From assembly GCA_951406725.2 (NCBI GenBank), contig OX597819.1:70928001-70992000 (forward strand): a stretch of 64,000 nucleotides of DNA, read 5' to 3'. Shown here in pieces: positions 11,991 to 23,911 of this stretch. This DNA comes from Octopus vulgaris (lineage: Eukaryota). The stretch's first letter is position 1. Every line of letters starts with the position of its first letter. The notes under the pieces were generated by a model. The model worked only from the letters and a program-made list of their open reading frames with translations, was not told where the DNA came from and ran no database searches. The position numbers were made by a program, and so were the translations under genes.

Positions 11991-12833
11991 GCACACACAA
12001 CATGCTTCTTTCAGTTTCTATCTACGAAATCTGCTCACAAGACTTTGGTTGGCCTGAGGTTATATTAGGTGACACTTGCCCATGGTTTCACACAGTGGGT
12101 CTGAACCCAGAACCATGTGGTTGGGAAGCAAGCTTCTTACTGCATAGCTACAGGAAAGGTTTTTCTTGTCTTAAACCTTGTTTGATCTTATTGTTGTTAA
12201 AAAAATTATTTAAAAAAATTTTTTTGTTTAGAGGAATATATTTCGTCAAACTTCTCAATCATATTTAATTAACCCTTTCCTTACCAACCCAGCTGAAACT
12301 GGCTCTGGCTCTGAGTACAAATGTCTTGTTTTCCTAAGTTTTGAATTAAAATCTTCCACCAAACCTTAGTCACAATTTATATTCCTAACACTAGCTGAAT
12401 GATAACTAAGTTATTTTACTAAATTCTTTGTTATATTTAAAGTAACTGAAAGAAACACAGAACATCTCAACAGAAATATGGTTAAAAAAAAGGGTTAAAA
12501 TATATAATAGAGAAACAATTCTTAACCCTTTTGATATCAACCCAACTGAAACCAGTTCTGGCTCTGTAGTACAAAGGTCTTGTTTTCATAAGTTTTGAAT
12601 TAAAATCTCCCACCAAGCCTTAGTCAGAATTTATGTTCCTAACAATAGCTGAATGATAATAACCAAGTTATTTCTTTGTTACATTTAAAGTAATTGAAAG
12701 AAACACAGAGCATCTCAAAATAAATACAGTAACGAAAGGGTTAAATTTCCTTATAGAATTGCACGAAGAATTGCTTTCATACAAAGTCTAAGATTCTGAT
12801 AGACTAGTACCCAGAAATGTTTCTCTTTTTTAG

Positions 12834-13051
12834 AATACGATGAACCGCATGCTTTGGTTGTCTTGGTTCAAGAAGAAATTGTTGTCATTGATTTGGACTC
12901 ACCCAACTGGCCTGCTTTCAAACTCCCCTATTTAAACAGTTTACACTCCTCGGCTATTACCTGTTCATACCACGTTAACAATGTACCGGAACAATTATGG
13001 CAAAAAATCATTGATGCTGGAGAGACCCAAGTCGGAAAATTTTCCCATAGG
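12834..13051 (+). CDS. lgl: Lgl exon 8 ([20 protein letters not shown]...[13 protein letters not shown]...FSHR)
   Basis: tttttag acceptor, gtaagt donor, phase 1 to 0. Confidence 0.97.
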
Positions 13052-14020
13052 GTAAGTGTGTTGGCATTTCTTCATGATAAATACTGTAAATAATTTGTTA
13101 TGCATGACATCGTCATCATCATTGTCATTTAATGTCCGCTTTCCATGCTGGCATGGGTTGGACGGTTTGACTGAGGACTGATGGGCCAGGAGGCTGCATC
13201 AGGCTCCAGTCCGGTCTGGTAAAGTCTCTACAGCTGGATGCCCTTCTTAACACCAACTATTCCAAGAGTGTAGTGGGTGCCTTTTGTGTGCCACTGGCAC
13301 GAGGACCAGCCAGGCAGTACTAACATCGACCATGCTCGAATGGTGCTTTTTATGTGCCACCGACACAGTACCACACACACACACACGTAAATGTTTGTAC
13401 AGTTTCACCCAGAAGTCATTGGCTAGTCCAGAGCTCTAGTTAAAGAAACTCAAGTTGCCACACAGATAAAGATAAAAAAAAAAAATGTTGCAGGCTTCCA
13501 GCTTGCCAGCCCCAGTCAAACCATCCAACCCATACCAGCATGGATAATGGATGTTAAATGATGTTGATGGTGATGATGATGATGTTGTTAGTGATCTAGA
13601 ATTGTTTGAATTTACTTGCCTATTATTCTCTGACTCATTTCAAGCATTAACTGTGGCCATGCTGGAGCACTGTCTGATAGGGTTTTAGGGGATGACCTCA
13701 ACTAAGTGACAGGATTTGAATCCTGGAACACTGTTGCAGACACTTTGCATGCTTGCACGCATGCTCACTCAAACACACACACACACACACACACACAAAC
13801 ATACACGTAAATGTTTGCACAGTTTCACACACAAGTCATTGGCTAGTCCAGACCTCTAGTTGCCCGATAGTGGGAGTGAACCTGAAACCTAGATGATTGT
13901 AAAATGAACTTCGTAACCACACAGCTTTGCCTGTGCAAAATACTGCATAGATATTTTTGTGTGTAATAATAATTCAGTATTAATTTCCTTATATATATTA
14001 ATATAATTTTTTTTTTAAAG

Positions 14021-14088
14021 ACCTGGCCTATTGATGGTGGCAAAACACTTGCTTCTGAAACATTAACCAGGGATTTGTTGTTGACTGG
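14021..14088 (+). CDS. lgl: Lgl exon 9 (TWPIDGGKTLASETLTRDLLLTG)
   Basis: T-run plus aaag acceptor, gtaagt donor, phase 0 to 2. Confidence 0.95.
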
Positions 14089-14193
14089 GTAAGTAAGAAT
14101 TTGTTTCTTTCCTTTTTAAGTCAGACAATATTTTTTAAATTAGAAAATTACTCTTTGTAAATCTCCTAACGTGAGATATTCAGCAACAGTACT

Positions 14194-14362
14194 TTGTAGT
14201 AAAGATTGTTTGCCAACATAATATGGCAGTCTTGGTTTAGGACTAATGTTGCTGTAATTTAGCCCCAGGAGACAGCTGGCTTTATGACACGATCTGTGTC
14301 CTTATATTTTCGAAATTAAACCAGGACTGCAGTGTTATGTTGGCAAACAATCTTTACTACAA
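14194..14362. repeat. Inverted repeat / MITE with about 46-bp arms
   Basis: TTGTAGTAAAGATTGTTTGCCAACATAA... (14194-14239) and its reverse complement (14317-14362). Confidence 0.88.
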
Positions 14363-14383
14363 TATTTTTTAAGTCACACACTT

Positions 14384-14443
<60 letters not shown>

Positions 14444-14770
14444 GTAAGATTCAGTTGAATTCGTTAGGTCGGAATAGTATACACATACACATCAATGTTA
14501 TGTAAATATCAAACTTGGTATACAAGTAGCAGCCGAATGATATTCTTGCAGTGTATGTAGACAATTAGACCCAGCTGAGTGAAGAAATCTGCTCTTGGGC
14601 TATTCAGACATGTACATTATATTAAATATAGGGTCTATAATATTTACGAAGAGTAGATTCCGAGACAGGTGAATAAATATAAATGAGTAACTGTAGAGGT
14701 ACAGATGTCAATCTAAACTGTACCTCTACAGTTAATCATATTTTATTTGCATACACACACACACACATAC

Positions 14771-14805
<35 letters not shown>

Positions 14806-14880
14806 CACACACACACCTGGGTAAGCACATAAATGCGAAACAAGGTGGAAAAAATAGTACTCGAATACCAGAGGTAGAAT

Positions 14881-15056
14881 AATACACTTTATTAAAAAGC
14901 AGCAAAAATATCACGAAAACTGTTACTCAGTTTTACATTCCCGTTCGTCTGACAGTCTTGTTTAAAATTCTAAATAAAACTGTCTGAATGGGAACGTGAA
15001 ACTCTGAGTAACAGTTTTTGTGATATTTTTGCTGCTTTTTAATAAAGTGTGTATTT
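14881..15056. repeat. Palindromic repeat carrying hammerhead-like motifs (Penelope-like remnant)
   Basis: CTTTATTAAAAAGCAGCAAAAATATCAC... mirrored by ...GTGATATTTTTGCTGCTTTTTAATAAAG. Confidence 0.85.
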
Positions 15057-15873
15057 ATTTGTATATATATATATTTTTTTATTTATTTATTTGTACACAC
15101 ACACACACACACTGCATGTAAATTATTACACTGTTTTTCTATCCAATTCCTTAACCCACTTCTTACCACATTTCTATTGCAATGCTCCACATTTGCTTCA
15201 ATTAATTTTTAAAATAATGAAAGATTTAGTCAAATAACTTTTGTTATTAATCTGGTGTTTGAAGCATAAATTAACCTGAAATTTTGATGGAAGGCTTTAA
15301 TTTAGATCCCTTTCGAATAGGAAGTTTGTTGAATAGAAGGATTGGCCTAAGCCAGGTTGGTATCAAAAGAGTTAATCGTATGATTTCATCATTTAATAGC
15401 CATTTTCTGTGCTGGCATGGGTTGGATGGTTTAACAGGATCCATGGAGCAGCAGGGCTGCACTGACCTTCAGTATTAGCTTTGGTTTTCGCTGCTGAATG
15501 TCTTTCTTGATGCCAACCACTTCACAGTGTGTTACTGGATGCTTTTTGTTTCCTGCCTCTGGTATTGATGTGGTTTCAAGACAGAAAAGGAACAATGAAA
15601 ATAGACAAAACAAAACAAAACAATCACGACTAAGTAAGGGGAGTATTTGAGAGGGGCAGGTGGGTTTATGTCAGGTGTTCATCATCATTTAATGTCTACT
15701 TTCCATGCTGGCATGGGTTGGACAGTTTGACAGGGGGCAGCTAGGCAGAAAATTGCACCAGGTTTCACTGTCTGTTTCGGCAGGGTTTTTACGACTGGAT
15801 GCCCTGTCAAACACCAACCACCCCTGCAGATTGTTGAAAGGCTAACTCATGATAGACATGCACAAGAGTTCTG

Positions 15874-16296
15874 CTGGGGCCAGATTAAGACCCATAGAGG
15901 CCCTAAGCACTTAAAATAATTTTAGGGCCCTCATGTATATGTAATTCAAAATATAAACAATAATAAACTATGAAATGAATTTTTATGCTTCAAAATGAAA
16001 CGAAACAAACAGTAAGATGGGAAATAATGTTTATTTTTGTATACTTACACTTTATTTATATTTGAAAAGTTTTCACTATTTTTTTATTGTAAAGTCTTTG
16101 ATCCGATCCTCACTATGACATACCATGGACACATTGAAATTATATTTCCAATCATATAAACCACTTTGAATATTATTTTAGTAAGTTTAAAGTGATTTCT
16201 TTTGTGCTGTAAACCATTTACTATTTCTGTGGTGTACCCACTTCCCTTGATACCCTTAGCACATGCTTATTTTGCTTAATGGTTAATCCAGCACTG
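15874..16296. mobile_element. Degenerate hAT-like MITE
   Basis: CTGGGGCCAGATTAA ... TTAATCCAGCACTG imperfect termini; no clean TSD. Confidence 0.5.
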
Positions 16297-16604
16297 TGTC
16301 TCACTGTAGTGTAGATAAACGGCTACTCCACATTTTATTATGAGTATACACAGCCCTTCAATTTTCCTAAGCCATGTTAAAGAACTCCGAAGGTTAGGCT
16401 TCTAGTGAGACTTTTAAAGCCTGGAACTTTTCAGTACTTCTTTGTGTGTGTGTATGTGTTTGTGTGTGTGTATGTGTTTGTGTGTGTATATAATTGTAAA
16501 GAGTATTGTTATGAGAAGGTGAACACTAGTTGATGGTTTGAAAGACATGGATTCTTTGTATTTAATGATAAAAAAAATTGTAATTTATATAACACATTTT
16601 TCAG

Positions 16605-16758
16605 GCATGAAGATGGCACAATTCGTTTCTGGGATGCTTCAACCACAAGTCTTACATTCCTATACAAGCTCTCTACTGCCAATATCTTCAGTGGAGAAAC
16701 TTCCCCACCAGATAATTCCGCAGGAGAGGCTGAAGAAGAATGGCCGCCTTTTAAAAAG
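16605..16758 (+). CDS. lgl: Lgl exon 10 (HEDGTIRFWDAS...LYKLSTA...EEEWPPFKK)
   Basis: tttcag acceptor, gtaatt donor, phase 2 to 0. Confidence 0.97.
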
Positions 16759-19700
16759 GTAATTTCTAAAAATAATTATTGATTTTCTAAACTGGACTGT
16801 GAAATATTCGGAACTGCCAACATTAATCCTTTTCATACCAAACTATCCTAAATTGTTCCTGGTTCTGTGATAGGATTTCTTGTTTTACCATCCTTGCATG
16901 GTTTGGCCAGGGTTTATTGAGACAGATTTTTTATGGCTGGGTGCCCTTCCAACCTCCAACCTTCGTTTCCACACATTATTGGAAATGAGCACAACCACTT
17001 TACAACTGTTATGTAATGTGAAGGGCACAGAAACACACATGTATATGTGTGTATGATTATATATGTGTGTGTGTGTGTGTGTGTCTGTACACAAACACAA
17101 ACATACACTCATATGATGGGCTTCTTTCAGTTTCCATCTACCAACTCCACTCACTAAGTTTAAGTCAACTCAGGACTATAGTACAAAACACTTGCCTACG
17201 ATGCTACACCTTGAGATTGAACCTGAAACTTTTTTGTTGGGAAGTAAACTTTGTCTCATGGTCATCCTGCACCTGATAGTTTAGTATAAGATATTTCATT
17301 AATTTTTTTTTTTCTGAGGAATTATAATTAACTGGAAAAACTGATGTTTTTAAATCTTAAATTATCATAAAATATCTTTTAATTAAACATAGGTGCAGGT
17401 GAGGCTGTGTGGGTAAGAAGCTTGCTTCCCAACCTTGTGGTCTTGGGTTCAGGCCTGCAGCGCAGCACCTTGGTCAAGAGTCTTCTACCACAGCCTCAGG
17501 CGGACACCAAAAGTTGTGAGTGGATGTGGTCAACGGAAACTGAAAGAAGCTCATATTTTATGTGCACCCTTGTGTTGACATCATGTTATGTTTGAAAAAC
17601 CTGTCTGGCGATGGGGGAAATATTATCTTACTTGGAAACAGAAGTGAGCTTTGGCGACAGGAAAGGCACTGGCTGCAAGAAAATCTGCCTCAACAAATTC
17701 AAACTGACCTATGCAAGCCTGGAAAAGTGGATATTAGATGATGAAGATGACTCCCACATCCGTTAGAGCTCATGTCACTGGTCATGCTTCTACAACATTT
17801 CGTTTTGAATCAAATTCTAGATGTTTTACTTCATTTTATTTTGCTAACTGAAGGGTTTAAATTTGAGTGTTGGTCATCATTAATTTAGCCTATGTTTTTC
17901 TTTCCTAAAGATACTTCATTTGACAATTAAAAATTAACAAGAATTAGCTGTCTGCAATAAAGCAATAATAGATTTTCAGAGAACATTTTTTTAGCTTCGT
18001 TCTGATTTGGGTGGATGGATGGGAGCCACTCCAGCTTATTGTTGCCTGGAAATTCCTCTAGATATTTTCATGTACAGAATTACCAGTGTTACGCCCTCCT
18101 CTCCAGTATAACACATTAATGAACGTTGCTGAAAAAAGTTGTCTAAATGATATTTTAATTATCAATAGCAATTAATTAGGGAGGATAGTTTGTCTAAATG
18201 AGCGTCAAACTAAAATGTCTAGTTAATGTAATTTAGGATTGGTCATGATAATGGCTCTAAATTGTTTATTGAGGCACTGAAATATATTTGACATTAATAA
18301 TTTTGGTGACAGTCTTATTGCTGTCATGTTGTTTTATTATAGCAATTTAATGAATTGATTTTCATCATGAAAGAGAACTGGTGGTCTGCTTGTAGAACAG
18401 AGTTACCAATTTCGTCACCATACTTCTGTTAAACTATATGACCTTTTTCGTTTCAATTAATGTTGAAAATATGGAAGAATTTGGTAAAAATAGTCTTGTC
18501 ATTATTAAACTGATGTTTAGCCCTTTGGTGTTCAAAATATTCTACTAAATGTAAAACTTATTTATTCTTATTGTTTTGTATTAGCCATGTATTGTCTCAT
18601 AGCTTTGAGATTTTGATGATGCCGTTGCCTATTTTTTAGATGACATTGTAGGGTAGGTGTGAGAAGCTAGACCTGGCCAGTTTGAACTCGAAGCAGAAGG
18701 CATGTTTGGGTTGGATACAGCCAGTTTAAATGCTAATGGGTTAAGGTGGTGAGCTGGTAGAATCAATACTGCACGGGGCAAAATGGTTAGCAGCATTTTG
18801 TCTGTCTTTATGTTTCAAGTTCATATGCTGCTGGGGTCAACTTAGTTTTTCATCTTTCCTGGGATCTATAAAAGAACTGGGGCGAGGGGTCAATGTAATC
18901 AACTTACCAACTTCCTTTGAAATTGCTGGCCTTGTGCCAAAATTTGAAGTCCTTATTGACTAAAGTTTGGTGGAAGATTTTAATTGAAAACTTATGAAAA
19001 CAAGACATTTGTACTCAGAGCCAGAACTGGTTTCAGCCGGGTTGGTAATGAAAGGCTTAAACTAATGTTTGGAATGTATATTAAGATCAACTTTTTAAAT
19101 GGAAGATTTTAAGGTGGATGATTTTTAAAATGGAAAGTTTGTATCATGGAACCAGGGGTGGTCTAAGGCAGGTTGGTATCTGAAGGGTTAACTCTTTCCT
19201 TAGTATCTCTGTGGAAACATATCACTTGTTTTTCAAGTAATTTTGAAAATAAAAGATTCATCAAAATAATTTTGTCACTATTAAACTGGTGTTTAGAACA
19301 CAAGTTAACATATAAGTTTGATGGAAGGTTTTAATTGTTTCAAAACAAAAACGTCTGTGTGATAAAAAAACCAGGAGCTGTCTCAACTTCATTTCAAAAG
19401 GATCAGTGACGCCACTGCACATTAGCTTGACCATGTTTCCTGCAGTAATCACTGGTGAGTCTTGTGAAAAAAAATTAGTAGATGAAAGTGTATAGAATTT
19501 TGTATTAGGAACTGATCCTGTTCTTGGATGGTAGAGTTAATTTTAACATTGGCCTTTGGGTCACTTCAGTAGAATCCACAAGTATTTGGTTCCAACAGTG
19601 ATTATGGCATAAGCGTGTTACTTAAAAGTGAAAGAGGTGGGAGAGAGACCAACTTGGTGAATTGAGTGACTTCGTCTTAAAAACTTGTTGACTAAACTGT

Positions 19701-20865
19701 AGATGCCTTAGTGGATCTCTAGGTAGGTTAAATCTGGTGAGGAGAATAGGTGAGAGACTACCATACAGAAGTAAAGCAATATGATCTCTATAAACCTGGG
19801 ACAGCTCCAACTAAAGCAGAATTCACTTAGCTACTTATTACTGATGGACCCAGACTTTCTAGAATCTTTGGCCAGTCTGTTTGATGGGAAAACTTGACCA
19901 TAAGTCAATTACGCTAATTGGTCGAGCTATATTCACATAGGCATATTAATAGCTTTTATGATGACATTTTTCCTTTGTATGGAAATATAATTTACCTAAA
20001 TTTGAACCAGATTGTCCCTCTTAAGAATCATTGACAGAGACCTGCTCCTGTAGTTACCAACATTGTACAGTTCATAAATAAAATCCATTTTCTATCTTTA
20101 CATTAACATATTAGTTTTTGTATTGAATTTAATAACAGCACTAGTATGGAAGCATGCTCTGTAACAGCACATTGCTGCATCCACCTTTTGTTGGTGATTC
20201 CCTACTGCCTTTGCAACACTTAGGTGACAACCCTCTAACCTCTGGGTCTGTTTGGGGTAGTCATTGTTGGTGAGGATTTTACGATGTTGGAATTCAAATC
20301 CTAGCTCAATCTCCTTTAGTTGCCTTTTATGGCACACATAGGAAACGTTATGTCTTCTTTGACATACCAGTCTCCATTTAGTTTTTTTAAGATCATTGTC
20401 ACCTTAGCATACTCCCAGTTAATGGCTTCCCTGTGTGTGTTTCAATATTGGTTAAGTTGCCATAAGATGTCTTTCTTTTATAATGTTGGAAGTGCTATCA
20501 TTCAGCCACTTTGACATATTTGAATGGAATCTAGTTGTGTTCAATTGTCAAACATTGATTGAACATACTTTTACTGTATTTGATGGCTCATAAGATACAT
20601 TTTCTTTTTCTACTTCAAAAAATACTTCATAAAATCATCCTGGGTCCTATATGCAAAGTTGGGCCTCCCATAAGCTTTAATGCACTAAAACCTCTTTACC
20701 TGAATATGCCCTGCTGAAATTGGGGTTATGTCTAATATGCTTCTTTGTCTTTTATGCTATCAAACATAAGTACTCGGGATCAATGTTTGCCAAATGAATA
20801 TTTTATTTTTCTTAAACTGTAATTAGAAAAATAATCCATCTGTATTTATTCAAACAATTTTTTAG

Positions 20866-21194
20866 GTTGGCAGTTTCGACCCCTACAGTGACGATCCTCG
20901 TTGGGCTATTCAGAAGATTGCTCTTTGCCCTCTTAGTGAAACCTTGATAGCAGCAGGGACCGCTGGTCAAGTCATAGTCCTGCAGATGGAACGAGAACAA
21001 CGAGAGCAAGAGGTGACCCATGTCACCATAAACATTGTCGGAGATAGTGATAACTTTGTTTGGAAGGGCCATGAAGCTTTAGCACCCCAAGAAGGAGATC
21101 TGAAATTTGCTCCTGGCTTTCAACCAACCTGTGTAATGCAGCTGTTACCCCCTGCAGCTTGTACATCTCTCGCTATTAACTCAGAATGGCAACT
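20866..21194 (+). CDS. lgl: Lgl exon 11 (VGSFDPYSDDPRWAIQKIALCP...WKGHEAL...GFQP...SEWQL)
   Basis: ttttag acceptor, gtgagt donor, phase 0 to 2. Confidence 0.97.
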
Positions 21195-23822
21195 GTGAGT
21201 CATCAAACATTATTATTATTTTTCATTTTCCTGTCAATGTTGTTTGCAATGATTGATGTTTGACCTCATTACCATTAGGGTTAATGACCTAACTTGTAGC
21301 TTCTGGTTGTAACTTCTTTAAACATAATTGTTGCTCCTGTAACCTTCTCTAACCCTATCATGTTGTGTTTCCTGTGTAGGAGTATATGATCTCTGACAGA
21401 TTCCCTGTAAAATGGTAATGAGCAACATACCTAAAAAAAAGAAAAGAAATTACTCAAAATAGACAACTGATCATGCTGCATCTTTGTAATCAAATGTGTT
21501 TATGGTTCATTGTTAATGATGTCCTCCTTAGCTGTTGTTTACTTTTGCTTGTAATTGGAAAAAAAAAAAACAACAGATTTTTGCATTGAAATAAGCACTT
21601 GATGAACCCAGCACTTTGTCTAGTAAATAAGCAAAGCCTAGACTCTTTGCATCTGAGGAAATTATTGATGATGTTTATTCTTCAGATGCAAGGTTTACCC
21701 TTACACAATGAGAGTGATGCAGACAATCAAACTGGTGAAAGAGATGAGGAAATTAGCAATTCGAGTGAACCAGTATGATAGTTCAGAAATACTATTTATT
21801 GTTATATTCCTGAAATTTTTTGTGATTCTGTCCATTAGTTTTCCTGCAATTGCTACTCTTGAGTTGTGTCTGCAACTATTTATTCTTTTACTCAGGAACC
21901 CAACTGCAGGATAAAGTTAGACACAGGGGCCCAATCTCTTGTAGTGAATTAGATTAGACCACATGGTGGAGTGGCAGCAGCGAGATTGAAATATTTCTTT
22001 TAGAATAAAGTGTAAGCATGGCCATGTAGTTAAGAAATTTACTTCCCAACTACATGGTTCAGGTCCATTGCTTAGCACCTTGGGCAAGTGTCTTATACTA
22101 TAGCTGTGTGATGGCTTTGGTAGATGGAAGCTGAAAGAAGTCTGTTTTATGTGTGTGTGTGTGTGTACCTTGTGAATGTTATTTGTTATACAAGCAATGT
22201 TGTAAGTGAATGTCACTGTTATACAAGCAATGTCATTCATTTCTAATCTTCTGTGAGAACCTGTGTGGTCAAAGATGAATATTACTTTATTTAGAAACCG
22301 ATGAGGGTTGGTGACAGGAAGGGCATCCAGCCGTAGAAAGTCTACCTCAACAAAATCTATCTGACCCATGCATGATAGACATTAAAGCAATGATGATGAT
22401 GTATGCTCCTTTTAATAATCTTTGTGTTGCTCTTTTGTTATGCTTCATCACTCTTACCCACTTGCTCTTTCAACTATGATCCAAGAAGTGAGAGATCCCA
22501 TTCAAGATTATTGACACTGCTTTTCTTCTGCAGTTTTTTTTTGAGGGGGAAGGGACTTTGTATTTAGCACAGCCTGTTCTCTCTTGTAAAATATGACAGA
22601 CATTTTAATCTTTTTCTTACTGTATTTCTCTCAAATTTCACTGCTTTCATTTTATTTAATTTCAAAAATCATAAAGAATTTGGGAAAATAACTTTACTAG
22701 GCTAGTATCTGGAAGAGAAATCAGCATGAAATTTTGGACAGTTTTTACTTAAATCATTTTAAAAAGAGGAAGTTTGTATCAAAGAACCAGAGGCACTCAT
22801 AGGTGGATTTGTATCACAAGAATTTAAAATGCTATTCAAAGGCTTCATTGTATCTAGCTTCCAGGTTATTGACTGTAATTGCTGCCTGAATGAGCAGGAC
22901 AGTTAATCTTGCATTTTTCAATTTAACCAACTTTGAAGAACACCTGCCACAGGCCTTCTGAGAATATTATTTCTCATACACTGATATTAAGAGATCTCTT
23001 GTCTGTTCAATATTATGGAAAACTGCAATTAAGCACCAACTTTATGATCATTTCAGTTGACTTTGTAAATGATGAAGAATTTGAGAAGATAACTCAAGCT
23101 GATATTTGGAAAATGAATTTTTATGAATTTTGATGGCTGATGTCAACCCTAGCCGTGACTGGCTCTTGTGCCAGTGGCATGTAAAAAGCACCATCCAGTC
23201 GTGGTCGATACCAGCCCCCTCTGGACCCTGTGCTGGTGGTACGTAAAAAGCACCATCTGATCGTGGTTGATGCTGGCCCCCTCTAGCCCCTGTGCTGATG
23301 GCATGTAAAAAGCACCCTCTACACTCTCGGAGTAGTTGGCATTAGGAAGGGCATCCGGCTGTAGAAACACTGCCAGATCAGATTGGGGCCTGGTGCAACC
23401 TCCATGCTTCCCAGTCCCCAGTTGAACTGTCCAACTCATGCCAGCATGGAAAGCAGACATTAAATGACGATGATGATGACTTGATGGAAGATTTTAATTT
23501 ATATCCCTTTAATCCTTTTGTCACTATTTTTGTTTTAATTAATTTTTGAACATAATGGATAATTTTGTGAAATGCTTTGTCATTATTAAGCTATTGTTTG
23601 GAATATAAATTAACATGAAATTTTGATTGAAGGTTTTAATTTAGATCACTTTAAAGCAGTGAATTTATATTATATAACTGGGGATGGCCTCAAGTGGGTT
23701 GGCAAAGAAAGGGTAAATGATTTGGTTACAATATTTTAAAATTATCCTTAATAAATGTTTGTCTAATTTTTCTTTCTTTCTCGTAGTATTATTATTAGTT
23801 TTTAATTTTTATTCCATTCCAG

Positions 23823-23911
23823 TGGTGCTGCTGGTACTGCTCATGGATTTGCTCTCTTCGATTATTGCCAGAAGAAAGGAGTACTCTATCGCTGCACTTT
23901 AAATCCAAATG
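23823..23911 (+). CDS. lgl: Lgl exon 12 (GAAGTAHGFALFDYCQKKGVLYRCTLNPN)
   Basis: ttccag acceptor, gtaatt donor, phase 2 to 1. Confidence 0.96.
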
